A DNA stretch of 64,000 bases from Planctomycetota bacterium (lineage in GTDB: Bacteria; Planctomycetota; UBA1135; UBA2386): positions 7,129,929 to 7,193,928 of the forward strand of contig OZ245838.1 of NCBI GenBank assembly GCA_965228735.1, written 5' to 3'. The position numbers and the translations under genes are program-made. Of this stretch, positions 41,101 to 51,803 are shown piece after piece. The notes beneath the pieces are model-generated. The model was given only the letters and a program-made list of their open reading frames with translations. It was not told the origin of the DNA and did not search any database. Within the stretch, counting starts at the first letter, position 1. Each line of letters starts with the position of its first letter.

Positions 41101-41327
41101 TGTGGCGGCGCGCCGCTCTCGATCAGGCGGACGATCCAGCGGGTCGCGCCGTGAGCAGGGGGCGTCACTGATGGCGTTGCCGTGGTGGTTGCGGCGACGT
41201 CGAGCAGCGCGGGATCCGGGCGGATCTGTGCCGGGAGGGCGATGGTGAACATCGGCAGGAGGAACGCGGCGCGTAGCGCCGATCGGGCGGTGCGGCTGGT
41301 TGCGTACGTACGGGTGTCGGACTTCAT
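38196..41327 (-). CDS. Secreted S8 (subtilisin-like) serine protease with the shared C-terminal domain
   Basis: Triad AVLD / DHGTGMA / EGTSISGAIVAG; propeptide-like region; YPDIAA. Confidence 0.85.
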   Translation of the reverse strand: MKSDTRTYATSRTARSALRAAFLLPMFTIALPAQIRPDPALLDVAATTTATPSVTPPAHGATRWIVRLIESGAPPQPFHARHRGLTPQQSLELRHEEKRQRAQRYNEKVAAIGDHLDGIGARIIRHLPQINTLVLELPDARVEALKLHPAIACVARDAVHRAQLRAFAPSDGDLLAPEHHAANIAHKLGYTGANGAALLAVLDYWLVDDYGGTQRAHQTLFEGGDTANPSRVLLQNNSVPSGTPWTPTLAIPNKPWGVDHGTGMAAFAAGAACNQPTTEPLTDGQAPGASIVGVNITQYWDTYYNCGGVLYNDVGYFAQTSDTLAGLNWLLNNPTAAGAAVRVACLSFGGPTNPDHPLALTVDQLARDADILVVTPTGNYDDFSQNPYEAFNQCNGLCVGGTGRAPSATDAHPLWPGTGTGPLTNARTSVPCSIGFAAWNDSQWRMPNVTGAGDAYRREYPDIAAVASQVTAAVHLNESTSTRVEGTSISGAIVAGAATLMMNGRDGGAPTVTTVLEAKAMMLATAVNGNADGAGDNEKGAGFLRTDRLTNDPLTDAATTHNVVSIGNTTGLRPMVASFPVTAGERHAVVLTWFRTNLNPGLVAGQPVWADIDLMLFGSVSGQILTARSLVNPADTFGNRTWERAEFVATANETINVVAFVNRAEAGTPAPTSIDVGFAATRLGPVTPGPNAAVATITSLSAPPCDVAQTTPSSTSSTLPAGVTLDPEPITSRREIALAFAQETAFVTDNAITLEVRGRFARNMSIPCSLQVGTSTSAGSSPGCASPGSGVVWQPDNNGTSWDSTLVIDADAGVARAEFAAISGGNGPRFLVFTATPEMAIFMPRPPGTPAAVPFGPVPSTSVGGNTWAAYRAAWPLSGCPMWNVGSLYYDLSVTRGAYSSPSGIPTLTMTQGMPRLRALGDAMPGRTYSLVIEGAEQGPGLNWNSAVIVSDFSSTEQAFGSLQTSSGTPACWSINKPGSSTSGTYFFGPSLQESAIAIDIPLPLSASVLGTRYFQQAMLVSDVSGTLQIRPSGQVLDITVGW

Positions 41328-41537
41328 GTTGGAAGCGGGTTCGGACGGATATCGTCGAGCGGAGAGTGCGCGCGACGTGATGGCTCTTGGTGTCGCCGCG
41401 AGTCGCGGCGGTTGAGGCAGTTCTCCGATTTCCGCGAGCGACGTCCCGCCGGCGTTCGCAGGCCGCCGTTGCCCGCGCACGCGTCGCCGCGTCCTCCCGC
41501 AACCGTGTCAGCACTTCAGCGCCCGCGAGCCCGCGCC

Positions 41538-41631
41538 AAAAGAAACGCCCCGCGGCTGCTAACCGCGAGGCGTTCTCATCCGCATCATCTGCGGCGACTG
41601 GCTCCCCAGGGCGTTTGTAGATGCGAACTTC
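41538..41631. repeat. ~90-bp structured repeat, copy 3
   Basis: Same 46-bp core. Confidence 0.95.
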
Positions 41632-41801
41632 CGAAAGAAGGCGTGTATTTTCCCTGACTCGCAGGATGCTCCGCAGCTAGTTGGGCGTGGCTTGGTGGTG
41701 CGTTCTCGGACGGAACGGGCGCGTGTGGGGCCCGTGCGCGGCGATCTTGCCGGGTCCGCCATATCCGCTTTGCGACCTCCGGGTGCCCGCATCGAGTGAA
41801 G

Positions 41802-41821
41802 TGGTAGACTGCGGTCCCATG
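41802..41821 (+). promoter_or_regulatory. Extended -10 promoter with a leaderless ATG
   Basis: TGgTAGACT (41802-41810), 8 nt, ATG at 41819-41821. Confidence 0.5.
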
Positions 41822-43824
41822 GTGTGTCCTGAACGCCAATCCTCACCCGAGGTGAGGCGATGCTGTGTCGAACCAGCGGGTGCGAGTCCCGTCGCGGTAA
41901 GCGCCGAGCGCCGCGTAGCAGGCTCCAGCCGTCGCGAGAGATCGCGCCGGCCACAGCGGAGCGTCGAAAGCCCGCGTCGGGGTGTATGCCCCAGACGGGG
42001 GGAGCAAAGTCGCAGGCCCAATCCGAAAGGGTGAACCTTGCAGCCTCGTGAGAGTAGAGACCCGAAAGGTGGGAAGGCCGAGCCGATCATGTCGCGGCGA
42101 AGGCAACAGACTGCGTCCGAGTACGGAGCGGCGCAGGACTTCCCCGGGGTAGGGAGGAGGGCATGCGACGAAGGCTCGACACGGACCAGGAGAGGCCCTA
42201 CCCAGCAGCCGACGTCAGGCGAAGCGCGCGTCCATAAGCCGAGTGCGAAAGGACGCCGTGCTGGGAGGGAGTCCGAGGGGTTCGTAGTACCGACGAAGCC
42301 GGCGGCCACAACGCCGGCAGAGGGAAGGGGCCCTGCTTTGGTCGCGCGCGTGTCTGGGGGTAAGTGCGAGGGCATGGCCGCAAGGCCCAACAACCCCGTA
42401 GACAAAGTACGAGAACTCCAACACGCGCTCTTTCGTGCCGCCAAGCGCAACCCAGGGCGGCGTTTCCACGCGCTATCTGATCGGATCTGCCGGGGTGACG
42501 TCCTGCAGAGGGCGTGGAAGCGAGTGCGGAGCAATGGTGGAGCTGCCGGCATCGATGGCTTGTCGCTGTCGATGATCGAGCAGCGGGGCGTCGAGCACTT
42601 CCTCGCGGAGGTGTGCGACGAGATCGGGTCCGGGCGCTACCGACCGCAGCCGGTGCGGCGCGTGTGGATCCCGAAGCCGGACGGCAGGCAGCGACCGTTG
42701 GGCATCCCGACGGTCAAGGATCGGGTGGTGCAGATGGCGGCGAAGCTCGTGATCGAGCCGATCTTCGAGGCTGGTTTCGAAGCGTGCAGCTATGGCTTCC
42801 GTCCTCGACGGAGTGCCACGGACGCACTGGAGAAATTGCGCATCGAAGGCGGGCGAGGTTGCCGCTTCGTCGTCGACGGCGACATCCAGAGCTTCTTCGG
42901 CACGATCGACAAGGTCGTGCTGATGGATCTGGTGAGCCGGCGAATCTGCGATCGCCGCGTGCTGAAGCTGCTGCGGAAGTGGCTGGACGCAGGCGTGATG
43001 GAGGAAGGCAATGTGAAGCACGATGCCACGGGCACTCCCCAGGGCGGCGTGATCTCGTCGTTGCTCGCCAACATCTACCTGCACGAACTCGATCGCGAGT
43101 GGCAGCGCGACTGCCAGCATCTCGGCGTCCTGGTGCGATACGCGGACGATTTCGTGGTGCTGTGCAAGAGCGAGTCGCAAGCGAACGAGGCGATGCGACG
43201 GCTGCGCGCGATCTTCGCGCGGTTGAAGCTCACGCTGCATCCGGAGAAGACGAAGCTCGTGCAGATCGGGCTCGGCAAGGACGGCTTCGACTTCCTCGGC
43301 TGTCACCTGCGGATCGTGAAGTCCCACTTCAAAGGGCGCACGTATCTGTTTCGGTGGCCGTCGGTGAAGTCGAAGAAGGCGGTCCGCAGCCGGGTGCGCG
43401 AACTGACGGACCGCCGCCACCGTGCTGGTCTGAAGGACGTCGACGAGGTGATCGCTGACCTCAACCCCGTGCTGAAGGGCTGGGGGAACTACTTCAAGAC
43501 CGGCAACGCGAGCAAGCAGTTCAACCAGATCGACTACTACGTCTGGCGGCGCATCACGCGCATGCTTGGCAAGCAGCGTGGCTTTCATGGTCATCGGCTT
43601 GCCTGGCGCGTGGCGCACCAACGGGCTGCGTGGCCGCTGGAGAAGCTGCGTGAGCGTGGCCTGCACAAGCTGCTCGGCACGATCCAATACCCAGGGAGCA
43701 AGACGGCATGAACAAGACCATCGGTCAGCCGTGTGCGGGAAAACCGCATGCACGGTTGGAAAGGGGGGCTTGGTTGCTGCGGGCTTGCTTCTTCAACAAG
43801 GTCCAGTAACCAAGCTCTACCAAT
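41822..43824 (+). mobile_element. Group II intron
   Basis: 5' GTGTG; domain V agccgtgtgcgggaaaaccgcatgcacggtt; domain VI with bulged A ending ctctAccaat; internal RT ORF. Confidence 0.92.
42374..43711 (+). CDS. ltrA: Group II intron reverse transcriptase/maturase (no endonuclease domain)
   Basis: RPLGIPTVKDR, SYGFRP, GTPQGG, YADD, domain X LNPVLKGWGNYF. Confidence 0.95.
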   Translation: MAARPNNPVDKVRELQHALFRAAKRNPGRRFHALSDRICRGDVLQRAWKRVRSNGGAAGIDGLSLSMIEQRGVEHFLAEVCDEIGSGRYRPQPVRRVWIPKPDGRQRPLGIPTVKDRVVQMAAKLVIEPIFEAGFEACSYGFRPRRSATDALEKLRIEGGRGCRFVVDGDIQSFFGTIDKVVLMDLVSRRICDRRVLKLLRKWLDAGVMEEGNVKHDATGTPQGGVISSLLANIYLHELDREWQRDCQHLGVLVRYADDFVVLCKSESQANEAMRRLRAIFARLKLTLHPEKTKLVQIGLGKDGFDFLGCHLRIVKSHFKGRTYLFRWPSVKSKKAVRSRVRELTDRRHRAGLKDVDEVIADLNPVLKGWGNYFKTGNASKQFNQIDYYVWRRITRMLGKQRGFHGHRLAWRVAHQRAAWPLEKLRERGLHKLLGTIQYPGSKTA

Positions 43825-45068
43825 GCGCAATCTGCTCCTGGCAGCAACTCTGGTTCTTGTCGTTGTGGTCGTTTGGCTCTGTGTGGAAGCGGGCGCGGGC
43901 GTCACCAACGGCCCGCTGCCGGGGGGGGGGGCAGAATCCGGGGCATAGTCGCGAGGATGTTGGGGGGGCGGCGCCTTCGCTGTCTGACGAATCCGGCAGC
44001 GGAGTGCGTGACCGCGCGCCTGTCATCCCGGGTCCGTCCGCCAAGCGGGCCCGATCGGCCACCGTGCGAGTCGTTGTGGTTGATGAAGTTGACAAGCTGC
44101 CCGTCAAGGACATACCCGTCATCCTGCGGCGCGCTTCTGGAACCCCAGTCACCTTCCTTGGTTCAACTGGAGACGGGGGGGATGTCGAGTTCGCGGCCGT
44201 TCCGCACGGGACTTATCGGCTCGTGGAGCCGAAGCGAACTGAAGCACCGATCCGCGAGTTGCAAGGTCTTGGTAATGCGTCGCGGACGTACGACTGGAAG
44301 GTCGAGGCTTCGCCTTATCACGATAAGGTGATCGAAGTTGTTGACGAGTCGGGGGCGCCCGTCGGGCAAGCTCAGCTTTGGGTGGACAGCGAGGTGCCCG
44401 TGCGTATCGGGTGTACCGATGCTTCTGGCCGCGCGAGCTTGCGCATGCAAGCCAACTCGCCTGGGCTGACCGTTCGGCGGCTTGGTTTCAAGGTTCGCAG
44501 GCTTGTGCCTTCGGCTCTGGGGCAGCGGGAGTTGTCAGTGTCCTTGGAGCGCGGAGGTGCCGCGATTTCGGGGCGACTCATGGGCGGGGGCGGCCTGCGC
44601 GGAAAGTCCGTGCAGGTGACTCTCTTGTCGTTGAGTAGCCTGCCGCCAAAGGTAGTTGCAGTGCAGAGTATCCCGCTTGGTCAAGTATTCGAGTTCGTTG
44701 GCCTTGAGGCAGGAGACTACCGCGTGATTGCCACAGTCGATTCTCTGGCGGCGGCGACGACGGAGGCGGCCTGTGCGGAGCGCGGTCTGACTGCTTGCGA
44801 CCTATTTGTTGCTCCTGTGGAGCCACTGATGGGATCGGTGGCGGGGCCCGATGGTCGCCCGATCGCAGGGGCTTTCGTTACGATCTACCTCGGTGGCCAC
44901 TCGGCCGCAGAGTGTCGAACTGGTGAGGATGGTCGCTTTGTCGTGTCGGGCTTGCCGTTGGCGCCGCTGCGGGTCTTCGCGGCGATCGCTGGGACGGATC
45001 GCTGTGGGAGCACCGATGTTGTTCGGTCCAAGGCGTGTGGCAAAGCCGTGCAGGTTGTTGTTCCGTGA
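43823..45068 (+). pseudogene. Carboxypeptidase-regulatory-like membrane protein frameshifted at a G11 tract
   Basis: MRNLLLAATLVLVVVVVWL.. joins GGGQNPGHSRED...VVVP* if G11 (43921-43931) is read as G10. Confidence 0.7.
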
Positions 45069-45172
45069 TAGCCTGTCGCCCACGCCGAAACCCCTGCACA
45101 CCGTAGCCGTTAATCCCGGCACCAAAGTCATCGCTCTCCTCAACCCCGGCAGAGAGCCGGAAAGGCAGACCG

Positions 45173-46642
45173 ATGACCGATTCGCAGAGACCAGAAGACA
45201 ACGCTGACCAGCCGACCATTCCGATCGGGCCCGAGCCGACCTCGCAGTTCCCGCTGACGCCGCAGGCGCCCGGGATCGGCGGCGGAGAGGAGACGCACGG
45301 CGAAGCCGGGCGACTCCTCGGAGCCGGCGATCCCGGGCGGGCGCCAACCCCCTCGACGACAGGCGACCTGCCGCCCGAGCTCGCAGGCCGTCGTCGCTCG
45401 CGCACGCGCCGCCGTGTCGTGCCGCAACCGCGTCAGCATTTCAGCGCCCGCGAGCGCCTGCTGATCCTGGACACCTGGCAGCGCTCGAAGCTGCCGGCAA
45501 AGGACTTCGCTGCGCTCGTCGGAGTGTCGCCGCATTCGCTCTACAAGTGGCGCAGCCGCTTCCAGGAGGAAGGGCCGGCGGGCCTCGAGGATCGCCCGAA
45601 GGGCCCCGGGCCCGGCAGCCGCCTGTCGGACGAGACGAAGCGCGCGATCCTGATGATGAAGCAGGCGCATCCCGAGTGGGGCCAGGATCGCCTGCACTCG
45701 ATGCTCATGCGCACGCAGGGCCTCGCTGCGAGCCCAGGTGCGATCGGTCGCTACCTGGAGGAAGAGGGCTACGTCGTCGAGGACGTGCCGACGAAGCCGC
45801 ACCCGGACAAGCCACGACGCTTCGAGCGCAGCAAGCCGAACCAGATGTGGCAGACGGACCTGTTCACCTTCGTCTTGAAGCGTCAGAACCGACGTGTGCA
45901 CCTGGTCGGCTTTCTCGACGACTACAGCCGCTACCTCGTCGGCTTCGGACTGCACGCGAGCAGCTCCGGTGCGATGGTGCGCGAGGCGCTGGAGTCGGCG
46001 ATCGCCAACTACGGTGCGCCCGACGAAGTGCTGACCGACAACGGGACGCAGTACAAGACCTGGCGCGGCAAGAGCGCCTTCACCAAGTTGCTCGAGCGTC
46101 GCGGGATCAAGCAGATCGTCGCCAGCCCGCGGCATCCGCAGACGCTGGGCAAGATCGAGCGCTTCTGGGGGACGCTGTGGCGCGAGTGCGTGCAGCAGGC
46201 AGTGTTTCGCGATCTCGACGACGCGCGTGATCGCATTCGTCAGTTCGTCGATCACTACAACTTCCAGCGCACGCATTCGGGGATCGACGGCATGGTGCCG
46301 GCGGATCGCTACTTCGAATCAGCGCCGCAGGTGCTGGAGACGCTGCGCGAGCAGGTGAAGGCCAACGCCAAAGAACTCGCGCAGAACGGCGCACCGCGCA
46401 AGACCTTCTACCTGACGGGTCGAGTCGGTGACTCCAACATCTCGCTGCATGCCGAGGGCGAGCGGGTCGTGCTGACGAAGGAGGACGGCAGTCGCGAAGA
46501 GGTCGACCTCGGCGCGACCGGCCGGCGGGCCGAAGTCGGGAGCGAATCTGACGTCGAAGGGCCCGGCGAGTCTCCCCTCGATGCCGCTCTGCAGGACCTG
46601 TCCGACGGTCTCGATTCGGAGACCGGGGAGGACGACTCGTGA
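45173..46642 (+). CDS. IS481-like DDE transposase
   Basis: HTH; WQTD, LTDNGTQY, GKIERF. Confidence 0.9.
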   Translation: MTDSQRPEDNADQPTIPIGPEPTSQFPLTPQAPGIGGGEETHGEAGRLLGAGDPGRAPTPSTTGDLPPELAGRRRSRTRRRVVPQPRQHFSARERLLILDTWQRSKLPAKDFAALVGVSPHSLYKWRSRFQEEGPAGLEDRPKGPGPGSRLSDETKRAILMMKQAHPEWGQDRLHSMLMRTQGLAASPGAIGRYLEEEGYVVEDVPTKPHPDKPRRFERSKPNQMWQTDLFTFVLKRQNRRVHLVGFLDDYSRYLVGFGLHASSSGAMVREALESAIANYGAPDEVLTDNGTQYKTWRGKSAFTKLLERRGIKQIVASPRHPQTLGKIERFWGTLWRECVQQAVFRDLDDARDRIRQFVDHYNFQRTHSGIDGMVPADRYFESAPQVLETLREQVKANAKELAQNGAPRKTFYLTGRVGDSNISLHAEGERVVLTKEDGSREEVDLGATGRRAEVGSESDVEGPGESPLDAALQDLSDGLDSETGEDDS

Positions 46643-47169
46643 CGGCGAAGAAGCCACGCCCGAAGCCGGCGGGGCCGAAGGCCCTGACCGGCAGCGACGA
46701 GGCCAAGCGCCGCGCCACGGTCATCCTCGAAGCGATGTGTGGGCTTCGCACCACGCAGTCCGCCAGCGATGAGCTGCGCATCGCGCTCGTGCGCTACTAC
46801 GTGCTCGAGACGCGCATGCTGCAGGCGATGATCGACGCGCTGGAGCCGCGTGCGCGCGGTCGCAAGCGCGACATCGAGGCGGAACTCAAGCAGGTCCGCG
46901 AGGACGCCAAAAAGACGCAGCGCGAGCTGATGCGTCTGCAGGCGTTGCACCGCGTCACGCAGCGCGCTGTGTGCGTCAAACCGGACAAGCCCGCCAAGTC
47001 GGCCAATTCAAAAGGCGGAGCCCCGGTGAAGAAGCGTCGCACCCGCAAGCAGTCACGCGGTGAGCGCGTGCTCGCGGCGATGAAGGCTGCCGAGTCCGAC
47101 GCTGCACCGGCGTCCTTGCCCGCGCCGAGTGCTATCGTGACGCGACAACCAGACGAGGGAGTGGCGTGA
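46639..47169 (+). CDS. OrfA-like HTH/coiled-coil protein 1
   Basis: Aligns by eye with the next ORF; basic tail. Confidence 0.7.
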   Translation: MTAKKPRPKPAGPKALTGSDEAKRRATVILEAMCGLRTTQSASDELRIALVRYYVLETRMLQAMIDALEPRARGRKRDIEAELKQVREDAKKTQRELMRLQALHRVTQRAVCVKPDKPAKSANSKGGAPVKKRRTRKQSRGERVLAAMKAAESDAAPASLPAPSAIVTRQPDEGVA

Positions 47170-47170
47170 C

Positions 47171-47578
47171 ATGACGATGGGACGGCCGAACAAAGGACTG
47201 GATCACCTCGACAAGTACGACGTCTCCGAGCAGAGCCAGCTGCGCGGTCGCATCGTCATGCAGACCATCACGGGCGAGCTCTCGGTGGCAGATGCGTGCG
47301 AGCAGCTCGGTGTCGATCGCTCGCGCTTCTGGCGTCTGCGTGACCAGGCGCTGCAGTGGTATCTGGAGTCCTTCGAACCTGGCCGTCCCGGTCGTCCTCG
47401 GAAGCGAGACGCGGATGCCGAGACCGAAGAGCAAGCTCTGCGTGATCGTGTCGCGCAGCTCGAGCGTGAGCTCCGTCTCGCGGAAGCGCGGGCGGATCTC
47501 GCCGGTCTCGATCCAAAAAAAGTGACGCCGGAACCACGGCGCATGAGCCGACAGGAGCGGCGACGAAGAAGCCGGTGA
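47171..47578 (+). CDS. OrfA-like HTH/coiled-coil protein 2, with a -1 frameshift site
   Basis: LSVADACEQLGVDRSRFWRLR; A7 tract at 47515-47521. Confidence 0.8.
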   Translation: MTMGRPNKGLDHLDKYDVSEQSQLRGRIVMQTITGELSVADACEQLGVDRSRFWRLRDQALQWYLESFEPGRPGRPRKRDADAETEEQALRDRVAQLERELRLAEARADLAGLDPKKVTPEPRRMSRQERRRRSR

Positions 47579-48651
47579 ACGCCACTGCGGGCAAGCGCTG
47601 GGCTGCGATCGACGTATCGCGTCAGGTGATCGCGAACGTCGTGCGCGACCTCGGCGTGACCTGTCGTCGTGCCGGCGAGTTACTGCGCTGCTCCGCGTCG
47701 ACAGTGTCCGCCTGGATGCAGCGCGCGGCGCGCGCTGCCATCGGCACGCCCTATCGCAGGCCAGGTCGTCCGACTCTGGCCGCCGATCGACTGGCCCGCA
47801 ACGACGTCTACGCCACGCTGCAGGCGCACGGCGGTCGCATCTCGGATCAGGAGCTCAAGCAGGCATACCCGGACGTCGGTCGCGCGGAGCTGCGGCGACT
47901 CAAGGCGCGATGGCGTCGGCTGTCGGCCCGGCTGCGCCGTCGCCGTCTCGAGCAGTTGACCTGGGAGTGCCCGGGCGCGATCTGGGCGATGGACTTCGCC
48001 GAGTTACCCGGCGGCATCGAAGACCTCGGCAAGCACCTGCTCGTCGTGCGCGACCTCGCCAGCGGCGCTGTGCTCGAGGCTGCCGCGTGCCGGGCGCAAG
48101 ATGCCGCGCACGTCGTCCGTGTGCTCCGCCGACTGTTTGCCGAGCATGGCGCCCCGCTCGTCCTCAAGAGCGACAACGGGAGCGCCTTCGTCAGCCATGC
48201 TGCGCAGGCGCTGCTCGCCGCACACGGCGTGCTGCCGCTCTTTTCGCCCCCCGGGACGCCGGCATACAACGGTGGCTGTGAGGCCGGCGTCGGCAGCGTG
48301 AAGTCGCGCGCTGTGGCCATCGCGAGCATGCGCGGCGTCGACTGTGGTGTCACGCTCGACGACTTGCACGACGCGGTCGCGCAGAGCAACGCGCAGCCGA
48401 TCGCGCGGCGCGCCGGCTCGCCGCTGCGCGGGCCAACGTGGCTTGCTCGGGCGCCGCTAACGGCCGCGATGCGAGCTGGCCTGTGCCGCCGCGTCGAGCG
48501 GCATCGCGGGAGCGCCTGCCGTGCTCGGGGGATTGCCTGGGGCGCCGACCTCCCGCATCATCTACGGGCTTCGATTGATCGCTTCGCGATCGGTCGAGCG
48601 CTTCGTGAACTCCGTTTCCTATCAACCCGGAGAGCCGACTTTGCTGCCTGA
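47575..48651 (+). CDS. Second DDE (rve) transposase, OrfB-like
   Basis: WAMDF, LKSDNGSAF, PAYNGGCE; in the -1 frame relative to the upstream ORF. Confidence 0.88.
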   Translation: MNATAGKRWAAIDVSRQVIANVVRDLGVTCRRAGELLRCSASTVSAWMQRAARAAIGTPYRRPGRPTLAADRLARNDVYATLQAHGGRISDQELKQAYPDVGRAELRRLKARWRRLSARLRRRRLEQLTWECPGAIWAMDFAELPGGIEDLGKHLLVVRDLASGAVLEAAACRAQDAAHVVRVLRRLFAEHGAPLVLKSDNGSAFVSHAAQALLAAHGVLPLFSPPGTPAYNGGCEAGVGSVKSRAVAIASMRGVDCGVTLDDLHDAVAQSNAQPIARRAGSPLRGPTWLARAPLTAAMRAGLCRRVERHRGSACRARGIAWGADLPHHLRASIDRFAIGRALRELRFLSTRRADFAA

Positions 48652-48691
48652 TTGCTCAGCCAGGGTGTGCAGTGTTTGGCGGGGGCGTACA

Positions 48692-49065
48692 CAAGCGACG
48701 GAGTTCAGCGGGTCGTACGGTTGAAGGCAATCGGTCGACCCAAAGTCGAGGTCTTTCCACAGCCGCTTGTGCTCGTGGGGGGGGCGGGGCAGCGAGCCGA
48801 GGACGCTTTTGAGCTACGTGTGACCGTGCCGGTTGACTGTCCGGCCCCGACCGTGTCGGGGGTGGAGGTCGGCGCTGAGTGGGGGGTGGTCCCTACCACA
48901 GCGAGGCTGCGGTCCCGCACGGACGGCGATCAGGTTTGGAGCTTGCCGTTCAGCGTTGCTTTCTCGGATTCGGCCGGCACGCATACTGCGAGCTGGAGTG
49001 CGTCGCTCGAGTTTGGTGATTCGCAGGCTTCCTTTCGCGGGACCCTGATCGCTGTTGTGCGCTGA
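48692..49065 (+). pseudogene. 3' fragment of a beta-rich protein gene cut by the element
   Basis: Open frame from the element end to the stop at 49065. Confidence 0.5.
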
Positions 49066-49414
49066 GTAGCAGCGGTACCCGAGTTGTTCGCGGCTGAGCT
49101 ACTCAGCCGCCCACCGTGAAGCCGCCGAGGCAAGCGCACGGGATCCTGGCTCCGCGGCCTGATCCAGCCGCGTCCGGGCCACGGCTTGGCCTTACGTCGA
49201 CTGGTCGCAGCAGGAGTTCGGCATTGCCGCAGCACTGTCGGGGGACGAGGCGATGCTTCGAAGCGTGCTTGTCCGCTCGTCTGGGGATCCGTACCTGGCG
49301 TTTCGCCAAGCAGGTCGGCGCGGCACCGGCCGCGCAACTTCGGGATTGGGGTCGGTCGGCAGCGTCGTCGGGCAGCGAGTAGGCCGAATCGTGTTCACGC
49401 ATTTTCGGACACTA

Positions 49415-49471
49415 CAGGGTCAGAGGATCCTACCAGCCGTCACGCGAATACACCGTCCATCACACACTCCC
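49415..49471 (-). mobile_element. 57-bp isolated IS256 left end flanked by a 7-bp direct repeat
   Basis: Reverse complement matches 57921-57977 with a few differences; GACACTA at 49408-49414 and 49472-49478. Confidence 0.75.
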
Positions 49472-49658
49472 GACACTAGTCATTGCGGGCCAAGTAAGAG
49501 TTTCTTGTGCCGACCTAAGTGGTTCTTCCGAATCGAGTTAACTGACGGTCGGCACCCTGCCACCACTATCCGGTTTTAAGATGCAGGCGTACCGTGGGTG
49601 GGGCGCGAGTGCTGTACCCGCGTCCAACATTCGCAAAAGTCAAAACGACAGGAAAATC

Positions 49659-49787
49659 ATGATAAAGAGTTTTGCTCTGAGTTTAATCACTCTCTTTGTT
49701 ACTGCGGGGGCGGCCTCCGCTCAGTGGTCTAGCTGGTCCGTCAGCGATGCGCAGAAGTCCATGGAGCTAACGCCCATCACTCATAAC
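49659..49787 (+). pseudogene. 5' fragment of a secreted-protein gene truncated by IS3
   Basis: MIKSFALSLITLFVTAGAASAQW.. ends exactly at the IS terminus. Confidence 0.6.
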
Positions 49788-51704
<1,917 letters not shown>

Positions 51705-51803
51705 TGTCGCCCACGCCGAAACCCCTGCACACCGTAGCCGTTAATCCCGGCACCAAAGTCATCGCTCTCCTCAACCCCGGCAGAGAGCCGGAAAGGCAGA
51801 CCG

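Larger units (their letters stand above)
45074..48691 (+). mobile_element. 3618-bp four-ORF element with two DDE transposases, copy 1
   Basis: Termini TGT...ACA; imperfect IRs TGTCGCCCACGCCGAAACCCCTGCACACC / TGTACGCCCCCGCCAAACACTGCACACC; duplicated at 51705-55322. Confidence 0.92.

Noticed and set aside
29363..41631. The 90-bp repeats as tRNA genes or integron attC sites
   Set aside because: No cloverleaf or anticodon arm, no proper RYYYAAC/GTTRRRY pair, and no integron integrase in the window
42374..43711. RT as a retron, DGR or defence RT
   Set aside because: Domains V and VI and maturase domain X identify a group II intron
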